From positions 8,740,764 to 8,804,763 of the forward strand of contig CM119264.1 of the NCBI GenBank assembly GCA_051294375.1: a DNA stretch of 64,000 bases, given 5' to 3'. The stretch comes from Paraspadella gotoi (lineage: Eukaryota > Animalia > Chaetognatha). Of the stretch, positions 40,014 through 52,807 are shown piece by piece. Every line of letters starts with the position of its first letter. Position 1 is the first letter of the stretch. The notes beneath the pieces were generated by a model. The model saw nothing but the letters and a program-made list of their open reading frames with translations, ran no database searches and was not told the origin of the DNA. Made by a program: the position numbers and the translations under genes.

Positions 40014-40379
40014 TATTTAGTACTGTCTTAGTTAGCCTCAGCTGGAATTATATCTATCTCCAAAACGCCAAGTTGATAACGTAATTGTTGATGTAATCGT
40101 CAATTGATGAGGATGTGGTGGTTGATGTGGTTGTTAAGAACCTTTAAACAATTAATTATCATTTCAAAATAATTAATTCCTCACAATCATTTCTTATTTC
40201 ATACTTAGTAAGCGTCTTCAGGGGAGTGTAGAAAATATCTTAATATCTTCCGTTAACGGGCGATCCCTGGCGTTCATTTTGACAGTACTGAGCTTTTCTA
40301 AATGGTTGGCAACGAACTAACAATGATCAGTATTTACATAACGACGCCAAGTATTGCACGCGTACGACCTCTCTTTACA
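40014..40379 (-). repeat. 3' LTR (left direct repeat)
   Basis: Identical by eye to 44760-45125 except for two 1-nt indels. Confidence 0.9.
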
Positions 40380-40388
40380 CTCCCCCCT
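40380..40388 (-). other. Polypurine tract (PPT)
   Basis: Minus-strand AGGGGGGAG lies immediately 5' of the LTR start TGTAAAGAG. Confidence 0.7.
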
Positions 40389-40724
40389 GTACGTAACACG
40401 GACACTCAACAAGAGAGATCGTATGCACCGTTAGTCTTCACCCTGTGGCAGTAGTCTTTTCATCTGCACGTCAATCCGAGTTTTTAAACCCTCCCAGAGT
40501 TCACGGCTCCCGTTTGAAGACCCTGTGGAGGCTCCTTTGACCCCTTTGGCTCCTTCTGGCCCAAACCGTTCTGCATCTTGCACGTACTCCCCCCGTCAAC
40601 ATCCCGAGACAGCGCCACATTCCTGCCCGGCATCTCCTCCTTGACAATGTGTAACGCCCGGCCGGTTCCTTAGCGTCGTTGTCATGACAACGCTGATTCG
40701 AAGTCGTCTTCTTGACCACTGAAT

Positions 40725-41000
40725 TAGCCGCCGCCGGCGTCGTCTCCTTGACGACACCTCGAACGGCGGCTCTGCATAACCGCGCGAAGTCTCCTTGTTG
40801 ACGCCCGTTTAGCCGCCGCCGGCATTGTTTCCTTGATGATGCCTCGAACGGCGGCACCAAGTCTTCATAACGATGTCCTTCTAGCCGCCGCCGGCGTCGC
40901 CCCCTTGACGACGCCTCGTACGGCGGCGCTGCATCTTTGACGACGTCTCCTTTGTGGCGTTCTATTAGTCCACGACGCCTCGTACGGCGGCTCTGCATTC
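40725..41000. repeat. GC-rich degenerate tandem repeat (~72-85 bp, 3-4 units) inside the LTR element
   Basis: tagccgccgccggc...ccttgacgac.cctcg.acggcggc recurs at 40725, 40810, 40882 and partially at ~40966. Confidence 0.8.
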
Positions 41001-42396
41001 GTCTTGTCGCCGGTGCTTCTCTTTTTCCGGATCAGGGAGTGCGACTTCGTGCATGCGCCTAGATACGTGGTGCATGATTTGGATGCTGAAACCGATCGCT
41101 GTTTAAGTTTCCTTCTCAGAATTTCCTCCCCCTCTTGTTTTACAAGATTAATCAAGTTTGTTTAGTAATTAAACAGTGGGAACAGGAATGATCAAACTTA
41201 ACAAAATTAATATGTACATTTTGTTCAGTTTGTAAGTACGTAACTCCGATCCCCGGATCAATTATATCTACAGCATCATAAATTTTTATCTGTTGCTAGG
41301 CAACCTGATTCCTTTCACCCCATTCTCGGCTCAAATCTCGAATTTTAATTTCTCATAAATGTTTTTCCGTCGTCGTTTTTGAGTCGTTATTTTCGTAAAA
41401 ATAAGTTTGTAGTATTAAATGTATTTAATTTTTGACTTTCTACTTCACTAATAACTTGCTCAATCACTCAGTTTCACGTCTTTTCAGACCTGGTTTATGC
41501 CTCATTCAATTTTCTTTAGCTAACTTCAGTTTTTTAAATTTTGTGTTAATTTTAAAAGTGGTTAATAGCTGGGCACCAAAGAGATAAATCTAATTATAAT
41601 TGCATCTGTCTTCTCATTGCTTCTCTTATTTTTAAAAGGTCAAGCTGGTCCACTAACTTTAATAAAAATTTTGATTTGTTTTGACAACAACAATCGTCTC
41701 CTCTGAGCCGTAGAAGACCATTTCTTTTCCTCTCATAGGTCTCTCAACTCATATGCATAGCTTACACATCCAAGCCTCTTGAATGTGTTCGTAAATTTTA
41801 AATTATTCCAGAGTTTTCGTTTCATCCTCAGAATATTTTTGGGTCACATCTTTCTCCTCTTGAATGTGAGTCCCCAAACTTCAGCTGCTCCAAGCAGTAA
41901 GTTAAAGGAGTTCTACTCCTCGTCACACGTTCTCGTCTTTCTACTTCCACTTAGATGAGCATCGTAAACAAAATGTTCAAATTAAATATTAGCTTTTTTA
42001 ACGAGAGACCAAGCAAGCCCAATTTGAGAAAATTAAATTCATAAATCTATCTCTCAATTCTTAATTCTTTTCATTAAGACTTAGCTTGTTGCCTGCAATG
42101 TTGATTCGTCAAAATTTTGAATTTTTCTCTTTTTCCTTACATTTTTTATAATTAGAGGCAATAAAACTGTAGTGATGAAATTGTGATGATGAGTTGAATC
42201 CAAACCGTAGTGTCATGAACCATAATCCTATACATTTCCGTCTTATTGATTTCCTAAATTCATAGAAAGATTTTTTAGGCCTTAGAAAGTGAAAGCAATT
42301 GGTGGAGGCTCGCCAGCGCTCACCATTTTTATGACCTTGAAATTCAACCCAATGGGTTGTGCATCATCAGACTGAGTATGAGTAAAGCCTCAAAAC

Positions 42397-44487
42397 TCAA
42401 AAACTTGAAGTAAGCTCAAAGGGAAGGATCAACAAAACTTTTCTTTTACGCAAACAATGGCAGTGCTCACTAATGGCCAGCAATGGTATTAAAGCCTCAG
42501 ACGCTGCAATGTCTCCTTTTTCACAGGTGGATGGATGGCAGATTGATCTCTCCTCATCAGTTTCCCTTTTGACGGTTTTCTTTAGCCACTTCTCCAACAG
42601 CTTCTCCAGCAGCTTCTCCCAAAGCTTCTTCGCCACCTCCACAGCAACATTTTTCGCAACCTTTTCAAAAACTTTTGTCGTAACCTTTTCCGCAGCTTTT
42701 TTCGCAACTCTTTCCGCAACTTCTTCGCAGCTTTTTCCGCAACTCTTTCCGCAACTTCTTCCACAAATTTTTCCGCAACTGCTTCCACAATTTCGTCCAC
42801 AACTTCTTCCGCGACTTCTTTAGCAGCTTCTTTAGCAGCAACCTCTTCAGCAGAAAATTCCACAGCAGCAGCCTTTTCATCAGCACCTTCCTCTGCAGTA
42901 ACTTCTTTAGCAGCAACTTCTAGTTCAGTAACTTTTTCTGTAGCAACTTTTTCCGCAGCAGCTTCTGCAGCAGGTTTTTCTTCAGCGACTTCTTCTTTAG
43001 CAACTTCCGCAGCAACTCTTTCTGAAGCCAGTTTTTCTTCAGCAACTTCTTCTCCAGTAACTTCTGCAGCAACTCTTTCTACAGCAACCTTCTCTGCAGC
43101 AATTTTTTTGTCAGCAAGTTCTTCTGCAGCAGCCTCTTCTAACGCATCCTCTCGAGCAACTCTAGAGCAACTTTTTCCTCAACGACTTTCCTTTAGCCAC
43201 TTCTACTGCAAAGGCGTCAAAACTTTGATGACGGGCTTCCCACGCAACAGTTTCAGTTTCAGCGGCGAGGAGATGACTACATAATGACGGGAGCGCGCCT
43301 GCGGCGGTTCGACGGATTTGCGACTCTTTCTCTTCTCCTCCAGTAAATTCAGAACCCTCTTTAGTAAAAGTTCCTCCTCTTTTGACTTTTCCTCCCTTTC
43401 CTTTCCTCCCATCACCGTAGATACAATTGACTTTGGCTCCGTTGTCCTCGGCGGAGGTTCCACGTTGCGGTGGTCGGCGGCCGGATGATCCTCGTCGCTG
43501 TGTTTTTTCCGATGGCTTCTCGAACTTTGATGACTTCGTCGAGATGCCTTTGTTTGTTCTCCCTCTGATCTGCCTCCACTTAGTCTCTTCAGCCTCCCTC
43601 TCCGCTCTCTCCTTTCTTTCCTTGTTTTTTTTGTCTGAATTCTATCTCCCATTCTCTATGATCATCCACTGCCTTCATTATTCTTTCTTTTGTTCCCTTT
43701 CGAATTTCTTTCAATTTTACTTCAAGCTCGTCCTCGTTTCTCCCCTCTCGTTTCGCTCTCTCCTTTTCACGTTCTACATCCATTTGCTCTTTCTCCCTCT
43801 CTATCGCTATCCTCTCCTCCAAACACTTTTCCAGCCACATTTACCAACTCTTGGCGGATCTTCTCGCGAGACGATTGAGATGACGTCGTTACCGCGGTTG
43901 TACATTTTTTCGCGACGATCTGACGCTGATTCCTGACGGCATGTGAGCGGAGATTCCCATCGGCGGACCTCGGCTCGATGCGCGACTTTCTCGTGATCTC
44001 GGTGAGGGAGGCTGAGAATAGGAGATGGGGGATTTGGGGGACGCGGAAACGGATGACGCGCTGCCCGTGTAGACGAATTCCTCAAATTCCTCATCAGAAA
44101 CCTCAACTATCTTGTCACCCGACGCGTCATATTCCTCATCAGTAATGATAATGGGACAAGCCCTCAATAGCCCCGGTACCGAATTAACAAGACCCTCATC
44201 AAGCAGTGATATTACGCGATCGGTTTCAAATACAGGATGTGCAACAATGAAACGTGCGAGATCAGTGAACAATGTCCGGACCGTCTCTCGACCCGTTCGG
44301 CCCGCTGGATAGTCTGAACCTCCGAGAAAATTTTGGCTTCATTGTATAGTTTTTCGAATTTGTTTAAATCATAATGTAATTCTTTCACAAACCGTCTAAC
44401 TCCTCGCTCATTTTGATTATCTTTGTTATTAAAAAATCCTGGTCTTACGGCCAAATTTTCTTCGTCGCCATCACGTGACGATGGCAT
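42397..44487 (-). pseudogene. Disrupted ORF in the gag position: helical N-terminal part, Ser/Arg-rich linker, charged coiled coil, long E/A/K/V repeat
   Basis: Overlapping minus-strand ORFs 44487-44212, 44272-43889, 43840-43589, 43652-43203, ~43170-42582 and 42642-42397 are joined by frameshifts or stops. The repeat reads like EEVAAEKVAEEVAAKE. No CCHC knuckle seen. Confidence 0.6.
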
Positions 44488-44759
44488 TTTTTTTCCAACT
44501 CACTTTGCGTTGTCTTCGGCTCCAGCCCGTACTTAACAGCCCGGTCACAATAAACCGTGCTCAGAGTTAGAAAAAATGTCTGGTATCCGGCGGGTCCCAG
44601 TTAGCGGCCCCACTTTACTCCAGACACCTTAATCACAGTTCACAGTAAAACGCAATCAAGGCCGTTTGATTTATACCCAGAACAAGGAAGCCAAAGTCCT
44701 CCAAGCCCCGGGCTGCTTTGGCTAATTTTATAATTAGTTTGATGACTTTAAGTTTTTAA

Positions 44760-45125
44760 TATTTAGTACTGTCTTAGTTAGCCTCAGCTGAATTATATCT
44801 ATCTCCAAAACGCCAAGTTGATAACGTAATTGTTGATGTAATCGTCAATTGATGAGGATGTGGTGGTTGATGTGGTTGTTAAGAACCTTTAAACAATTAA
44901 TTATCATTTCAAAATAATTAATTCCTCACAATCATTTCTTATTTCATACTTAGTAAGCGTCTTCAGGGGAGTGTAGAAAATATCTTAATATCTTCCGTTA
45001 ACGGGCGATCCCTGGCGTTCATTTTGACAGTACTGAGCTTTTCTAAATGGTTGGCAACGAACTAACAATGATCAGTATTTACATAACGACGCCAAGTATT
45101 GCACGCGTACGACCTCTCTTTAACA
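44760..45125 (-). repeat. 5' LTR (right direct repeat)
   Basis: Copy of 40014-40379; begins TGTTAAAGAG on the minus strand. Confidence 0.9.
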
Positions 45126-45346
45126 CGGCCATAGTTCATCGTTTTCTCACTTGTAGGTTCTGACTTACTTTTATTTTCACAATTTGTTTTTAATGTTCCT
45201 TATTGGATGAATATTATCTCTTCATCCACTGAGATGTTTCCATTAGTCAATTTATGATATAAAACAATAATTACTCACATCTCTGTCTTTGATTCTTTAA
45301 CTTTTATTTTTTTCTTATTGAAACAATCGACTGCAGTCTTCTTATT

Positions 45347-45404
<58 letters not shown>

Positions 45405-45844
45405 TATCCCTCCCCACCGACTCCCCGCTTATCTGTTTGCGTTTGTCTTTACTTTCGTCTTTATCTCTCGTCTTTTTTCATCTTCTGTGTTTTATTTTTC
45501 CTTCGTCTTCCGACGTTTTCCTTCGATTCGCGTCTGTTTGTGACTTTTCATCCATTGATCTCGATTTCCGTTTTCCTTCAACAACAACAACAACGAAGAG
45601 AGAATATAATACCTTTTTCGTTTTGAAACTCAGTTCACCGCCAAGCCCATCCCCCTTCAAATTGGTTAACCCTTAACCCTCATCGCCGCTCAGCGACGAA
45701 TCGATCCTTTTTCCGCAGTTTTTTTTTTTCGTTTTTACTTTCCTCCGGTGAGGCGACGCCAAAACGCTGCCTCGCTCTTATCCGTCTGTCCGCCATTGTT
45801 TGTCTGTCCCGTCGCACTCATTTATCTCCGCTCTCCTCTTTCTC

Positions 45845-45875
<31 letters not shown>

Positions 45876-45908
45876 TCTTCTCTCTCCTCATCTCTCTTCT
45901 TCTCCTCT

Positions 45909-45956
<48 letters not shown>

Positions 45957-46463
45957 GTCATTTCGTCATTTCGTCGTCGCGTCTGTCCCTTTGTCTGTTT
46001 CTCCGTCTTTGTTTGTCTCGGCCTCTCGCCTCGTTTGCCGATCACCACGAGTCGCTGCTTCTTTTCTCTTCTTTTTTCGCTCAAACTTTTTTCTGGCGAA
46101 AAGAAGAAAAAAAAAAGCTTCTACTCTGACGGATACAACGTCGCCGGAATTTCTTGTGTCAAGTTTGTCCGGGCGAAGATCGATGAGAGATCGAGCCACG
46201 CGAAAAATTGAAACAAAAGTTGAAGAAGATCAATCAACAGCCAAAAATTGTCATTTTTTAATACATCTTTTCAATTAGATTTTTTTTAGCTCTAATACAC
46301 GAGCTACAATCCTAAAAATAAATTGATTTTATCTTTCTTACGTCATTTCCATAAATTATAATTGTTTTTCACCCAACATTAAAATTTCGGCAAACTTGTC
46401 CTATATTATTTCTGCCCCCCAAAACGTTTAAAATATACCGTATTTCCTTTTTCTATTTCTTTT

Positions 46464-46559
<96 letters not shown>

Positions 46560-46714
46560 TTTTATTTCTTTCTTTCTTTCTTTCTTTCTCTCTCTGCCAC
46601 CCATTCTCTCTCGGTTTCCAGGAGGCCAGGATCCAATTAGGAGAATATCAATCGATCAGTTGTCGATCTTCCTTTCTTGGAAGAGAAGCTTCTTCGGTTT
46701 GGAAACGAGATAGC

Positions 46715-46807
<93 letters not shown>

Positions 46808-47205
46808 CATATATCCTCTCTATCCCTTTTTCTAATTTCCCAGTAATGACGACAGAAGGCCAAACCGACGAGGACGCCTCTAACGACGAAGACGACGAAC
46901 TAACTCAACTGTCTTTCTCTTGTTATTATGATGAGATGGGGAAACAAAAGGGAAAGAAGTTGCTCTTAGTCCGCGAGAACAAATGAGTCGAAGGATCGAA
47001 CGATGTTCCGCGCGATTAATGAACTAAAAAGAGAGAAAGAAATTGATCTGTTAGTTTATTAAATTATTCAGCGTTTTTTTTTTATCTTCGTCAACATATT
47101 TCCGTGTTTCTAACAATTCATTTCGGATTTCATTCCGTTTCATTACGACCCGTTCCATTCCATTACTTTCATTACGACAAATGAATCCGTGAAAGAGGGC
47201 CAAAG

Positions 47206-47323
<118 letters not shown>

Positions 47324-48589
47324 ATGAAGCCAATATCGGGAGTTGGAGTGGCGAAGGGAATCGCTCAAATGGGACGAGGTCAAACGCCGACGGAGATCGA
47401 GTTCCGAAAATTAGGCTCCAACTGGCGAAGGAGTTTATGAGAGCGATTTGTCATCCGCAGGTTCGATCCTGAGTCCGCGCGTGCATGACGATGAGGAAGG
47501 GACGAAAGTGGGTGAGAATGATAGGGTGAGCGATAGGTAAGGTCGGGTTCGAACTGCTAAAGGGAGCAGGGTTAATGGAAAAGAGAATAAAGGATGGAAA
47601 AGATATGAAAGGGAAAATGCAGGCATTTAGAAGTAGGGCGAATTAATTAAGAAAGAATGCGACAAGGATTGTAGTGGAAGGCAAAGGAAAAGTGAGAGTG
47701 TGTTTGGTATATTGAGCCCAAAAAAAGTTGCGAATACTAACGTTAGTGTTTATAAACTTCCAAGGAAATTGTGTAAAAAGCTTTCCGTTGATAGTAATGC
47801 TGTATTAATTAGATAAATACCCTTTTTCGATGCTTTGTCTAAAAGTGTCTAGAATTAGCTTTCCGAGCGTTATGGCGAATATCATTACTATATGGACGTA
47901 TTCCTATTTTTAGACGCGTAACGATTGAGAAACACATGGAGATTAAGATATATTTTTTGGGGGTTATTTTGAGTTGTTCTATTGTTTTGAAAACGCAATC
48001 AATCACGAGCCTTCTTCGCTTAAAAATTCAAAGATTCTCGAATCCACCCTCGCAATTCTTTTTCTCACCTTAAAACGTTTCGTGCCATCAACCGCCTCTC
48101 ATCTTAATTGAAAATAACTGTGGAACGTAAAGTCAAACCAGAATCGCTTTCCTCATCCCATTGTGCCCCCCGTAATTCTATTTCTTCATAACAATGTCGA
48201 ACCGAAATGATAATCATTTCCCGGCAATTCTGGACTTTTCCGAGTTTGCCCTCGCTACAGCCATCGTTTGCTGTCGCCATTGCCGGGGAAATTCAGGCAA
48301 ATTGCAGGCGATTATTCGCAGAATAAATGGGGGCGTCGGGAAGAAGAGAGAGAAGGGGAAAGAAGAAGAGAGGGAGGAAATAAAATGAGGAAAGTGAAAA
48401 AAGGAAAAAGTGCAGTGAGAGCTAAAAGAATGTTGGGGGGGAGGAATAGGAAGGAAAAAACCATTGAAATCTTATAATCTCATTCGGTGACATTTTTTTC
48501 CCGAGAATCAAAACATCTGATTTTTTCTTGGAAATCGACCACATTTTCTCACTTATGCCCTCATCAAGCTATTAAAATCCACCCCATTT

Positions 48590-48714
<125 letters not shown>

Positions 48715-51700
48715 CGGCTTCTTCTCCCGCATTCGCCATTATGCTTTTTCTTCATCCATTTTTAATTTCTTTTCTCTATTCTCTCTCCTCTTTTTTTATT
48801 TCCAATGTTTTTATTTCCCGGCTTTATTCTCCCCTTCTCTCTCTCTTCCGAATCGGGGTTGCCTCCCTTTGGTTTTTTCTCTCTCTCTCCTTTTCTCCTT
48901 TCTTTCCTCCTTTCTATTCTTCTTTCCTTTGCTTATTTTTCTCGCTCTCGTTTTCGAGGTAATAAACAAGAATTCGCGGTGGCGCGGGTGTAAACAGATT
49001 CCGTGGCGGAGGATATAAACAAGTTGTGCGCACAACAGAAACGTAAGTATTAAAGAACGTCATGGAATTTAATCAATTTTTCTTCAATTTCTCTTTTTCA
49101 AATTTTTTTTCGTCATTTCTATTGGAACCACTCTTGATTTCATTCCTCGTTGCCTCGTTCTTTTTATGAATGTTCTTTGTTTTCTGGATTTTCCACTTTT
49201 GCTTTGTTTGCAGTGACAAATACGTTTTCTTTTGCGTTTGTTTTTTTTTTCTACAGAATTTTAAAAATCCCAGCGAGCATGACTAAAACCATTTACTCAA
49301 CTTATTAATTAAACTCATATTAATAACAAATATTTCTAACAAACGATTAAACTAAAAATATAATTAATAAAAACTGGGTTAAAGTCCAAGCAAAAATTTT
49401 AAAGAATGGTCACATTTGATTAATTAATAATTAATTATAATAATTGCATACTTAAGCAGAGTCCCAATATACGACGAAAGTTGTCACAAAACAACACAAC
49501 GATTGACTAAGAAAACAGTTTTGTTCAAGGACAAAGTTTTCTTTAACATAACCACGAAGTTCGCCGTTTTCTTATTTTCTCTTATTTTTCATTTACGGAC
49601 AACGTTGACGACGAACGGAAGACAATGGCGGATAATGCTGACAAAGACCATCACGACGACGACGACGACAACGACGACGACGACGAAGATGACGATTTTA
49701 CCCCGGCCGTCATTGAAAACCGTCAACACGGCTACGATTCCTTCCACCCGCTGGCAGCTGACACGTCACTGTCACAACAACGGGCGGCAAGATGGCGTCC
49801 TCATTGGCGATGTATCCTTTTTCGCCTTCACCACCATCGCCCCCAGATGGCGTCAACGTCTTAACCATCATATCAAACCGTCATCACCTCAGACGATGGT
49901 GACACCTCAACCTCATTTCGTTAGAGTATGTCGTTCCTTCTTTCCGTCCCGACTCCAATTTCGGATCGAGGAGANNNNNNNNNNNNNNNNNNNNNNNNNN
50001 NNNNNNNNNNNNNNNNNNNNNNNNNNNNNNNNNNNNNNNNNNNNNNNNNNNNNNNNNNNNNNNNNNNNNNNNNNNNNNNNNNNNNNNNNNAGAGAGAGAG
50101 AGAGGGAGAGACTCGCAACTGGTAGGAGACCGCGAGATTTCATTTTATTCACAAAAAGTCACGTTTGCCTTTTTTTTTCTTCTTTCTTTTTCTAATTTCC
50201 GGAGAAAAACAAACGAACAAAAGGCAAAGAGAAAAAGAGAGAGAAAAAAATACAAACAAACAGAAACAAACTAGAGATGGAAAAGAAAATGAGATAAAAA
50301 GAAAAAAAGTTAGTCTTGGTTTTTTTTTAGGTTTTTTTTTAATTTCCCATTTTTGTTTGTTTACTTTTCGTCTGTCATCGACGTGCGCGGCGCTGCGGTC
50401 GGGCCAAACAAAAGAGCAGTTTCCTTGTCGGAGAGATTGACTTGAAATTCGGATTAATTAACGATTTCATCCCGATGNNNNNNNNNNNNNNNNNNNNNNN
50501 NNNNNNNNNNNNNNNNNNNNNNNNNNNNNNNNNNNNNNNNNNNNNNNNNNNNNNNNNNNNNNNNNNNNNNNNNNNNNNNNNNNNNNNNNNNNNNNNNNNN
50601 NNNNNNNNNNNNNNNNNNNNNNNNNNNNNNNNNNNNNNNNNNNNNNNNNNNNNNNNNNNNNNNNNNNNNNNNNNNNNNNNNNNNNNNNNNNNNNNNNNNN
50701 NNNNNNNNNNNNNNNNNNNNNNNNNNNNNNNNNNNNNNNNNNNNNNNNNNNNNNNNNNNNNNNNNNNNNNNNNNNNNNNNNNAGGCCTAACACAATATTT
50801 TCAAGTGTAAAAAGTGATGCGTTGGCGATTGGCCACTTCAGTAGTCACACCAAATCTACAAAATCAAACTTCGTTATTTTTAAGGAAATAACAGTTTAGT
50901 AGTTTACATNNNNNNNNNNNNNNNNNNNNNNNNNNNNNNNNNNNNNNNNNNNNNNNNNNNNNNNNNNNNNNNNNNNNNNNNNNNNNNNNNNNNNNNNNNN
51001 NNNNNNNNNNNNNNNNNNNNNNNNNNNNNNNNNNNNNNNNNNNNNNNNNNNNNNNNNNNNNNNNNNNNNNNNNNNNNNNNNNNNNNNNNNNNNNNNNNNN
51101 NNNNNNNNNNNNNNNNNNNNNNNNNNNNNNNNNNNNNNNNNNNNNNNNNNNNNNNNNNNNNNNNNNNNNNNNNNNNNNNNNNNNNNNNNNNNNNNNNNNN
51201 NNNNNNNNNNNNNNNNNNNNNNNNNNNNNNNNNNNNNNNNNNNNNNNNNNNNNNNNNNNNNNNNNNNNNNNNNNNNNNNNNNNNNNNNNNNNNNNNNNNN
51301 NNNNNNNNNNNNNNNNNNNNNNNNNNNNNNNNNNNNNNNNNNNNNNNNNNNNNNNNNNNNNNNNNNNNNNNNNNNNNNNNNNNNNNNTCGTTATTTTTAA
51401 GGAAATAACAGTTTAGTAGTTTACATATAACTACATATATCATGTGCGTTTAAAAGATATTTCCTGATGTGAGTCTTAATCATATTCGAATGCAAACGCG
51501 AACTCACAAACTATTAAACACTCATGTGGACACACAGCATCACACATACTAAAGAAGCAGTCACAAACACATTCTTAGACACACAAAAATTCATTCAAAT
51601 ACAAACAATTGAAATCATCTTTGACACCATATTATTTTTATTCGTGTACGCACACACACACCCACACAAAAACGCTCGTTCTGCCGCACGAACAACTCAC

Positions 51701-51900
51701 CATGTACGGCCCAACTCCTGCGGAGGTCGTCGTCGTCGTCGACACGTACGTCGGCGGCAGCGGCGCAAACTCGCACTCTCCTTCGACGCCGCCACCGTCG
51801 CCGCCGCTGCCGAAATCTAATCCGCCGACGCCGCTGCCGCCGCCGGGGCTTAGCAGCGCAGCGTGAAACCCCGACGGCGCCAAGACGCCAGGAGAACAGG
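51701..51900 (-). CDS. Ig-like membrane protein, cytoplasmic exon (5' part lost in a gap)
   Basis: Reads ...SPGVLAPSGFHAALLSPGGGSGVGGLDFGSGGDGGGVEGECEFAPLPPTYVSTTTTTSAGVGPYM, then donor gtgagt at 51700. Contains a PPxY motif. The frame was chosen by composition. Confidence 0.55.
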
Positions 51901-52616
51901 NNNNNNNNNNNNNNNNNNNNNNNNNNNNNNNNNNNNNNNNNNNNNNNNNNNNNNNNNNNNNNNNNNNNNNNNNNNNNNNNNNNNNNNNNNNNNNNNNNNN
52001 NNNNNNNNNNNNNNNNNNNNNNNNNNNNNNNNNNNNNNNNNNNNNNNNNNNNNNNNNNNNNNNNNNNNNNNNNNNNNNNNNNNNNNNNNNNNNNNNNNNN
52101 NNNNNNNNNNNNNNNNNNNNNNNNNNNNNNNNNNNNNNNNNNNNNNNNNNNNNNNNNNNNNNNNNNNNNNNNNNNNNNNNNNNNNNNNNNNNNNNNNNNN
52201 NNNNNNNNNNNNNNNNNNNNNNNNNNNNNNNNNNNNNNNNNNNNNNNNNNNNNNNNNNNNNNNNNNNNNNNNNNNNNNNNNNNNNNNNNNNNNNNNNNNN
52301 NNNNNNNNNNNNNNNNNNNNNNNNNNNNNNNNNNNNNNNNNNNNNNNNNNNNNNNNNNNNNNNNNNNNNNNNNNNNNNNNNNNNNNNNNNNNNNNNNNNN
52401 NNNNNNNNNNNNNNNNNNNNNNNNNNNNNNNNNNNNNNNNNNNNNNNNNNNNNNNNNNNNNNNNNNNNNNNNNNNNNNNNNNNNNNNNNNNNNNNNNNNN
52501 NNNNNNNNNNNNNNNNNNNNNNNNNNNNNNNNNNNNNNNNNNNNNNNNNNNNNNNNNNNNNNNNNNNNNNNNNNNNNNNNNNNNNNNNNNNNNNNNNNNN
52601 NNNNNNNNNNACTCAC

Positions 52617-52807
52617 CAAAACCAAAATGGCGGCAACGAAGACGCAGACGCCGGCGACGATCCACGTGAGACGCGAGAGGGAGACGTCGCCTCCTTCGCT
52701 TCCGGTGTAGATCTTGGAGAGAGTGGCGTTGCGAAGGGCGTTGGGTGGGAAGTGGGAGGACGGGAGACGCTTCAGGGTCACCGTCTTGGAGGTGGACGAA
52801 CGCGGAC
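52617..52807 (-). CDS. Ig-like membrane protein, juxtamembrane and transmembrane exon
   Basis: cccag acceptor and gtgagt donor, phase 1 to 0. Reads (G)PRSSTSKTVTLKRLPSSHFPPNALRNATLSKIYTGSEGGDVSLSRLTWIVAGVCVFVAAILVL, ending in a hydrophobic TM segment. Confidence 0.7.

Larger units (their letters stand above)
40014..45128 (-). mobile_element. Non-autonomous LTR-retrotransposon-like element
   Basis: 366-bp direct repeats at both ends. A polypurine tract AGGGGGGAG abuts TGT at the 3' LTR on the minus strand. The interior holds a decayed ORF on the same strand with no RT/RH/IN motifs seen. Possible CCAT target-site duplication at 40010-40013 and 45129-45132. Confidence 0.8.

Noticed and set aside
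50870-51427. 40-bp direct repeat flanking an N gap
   Set aside because: An unmerged contig overlap, not a biological repeat.
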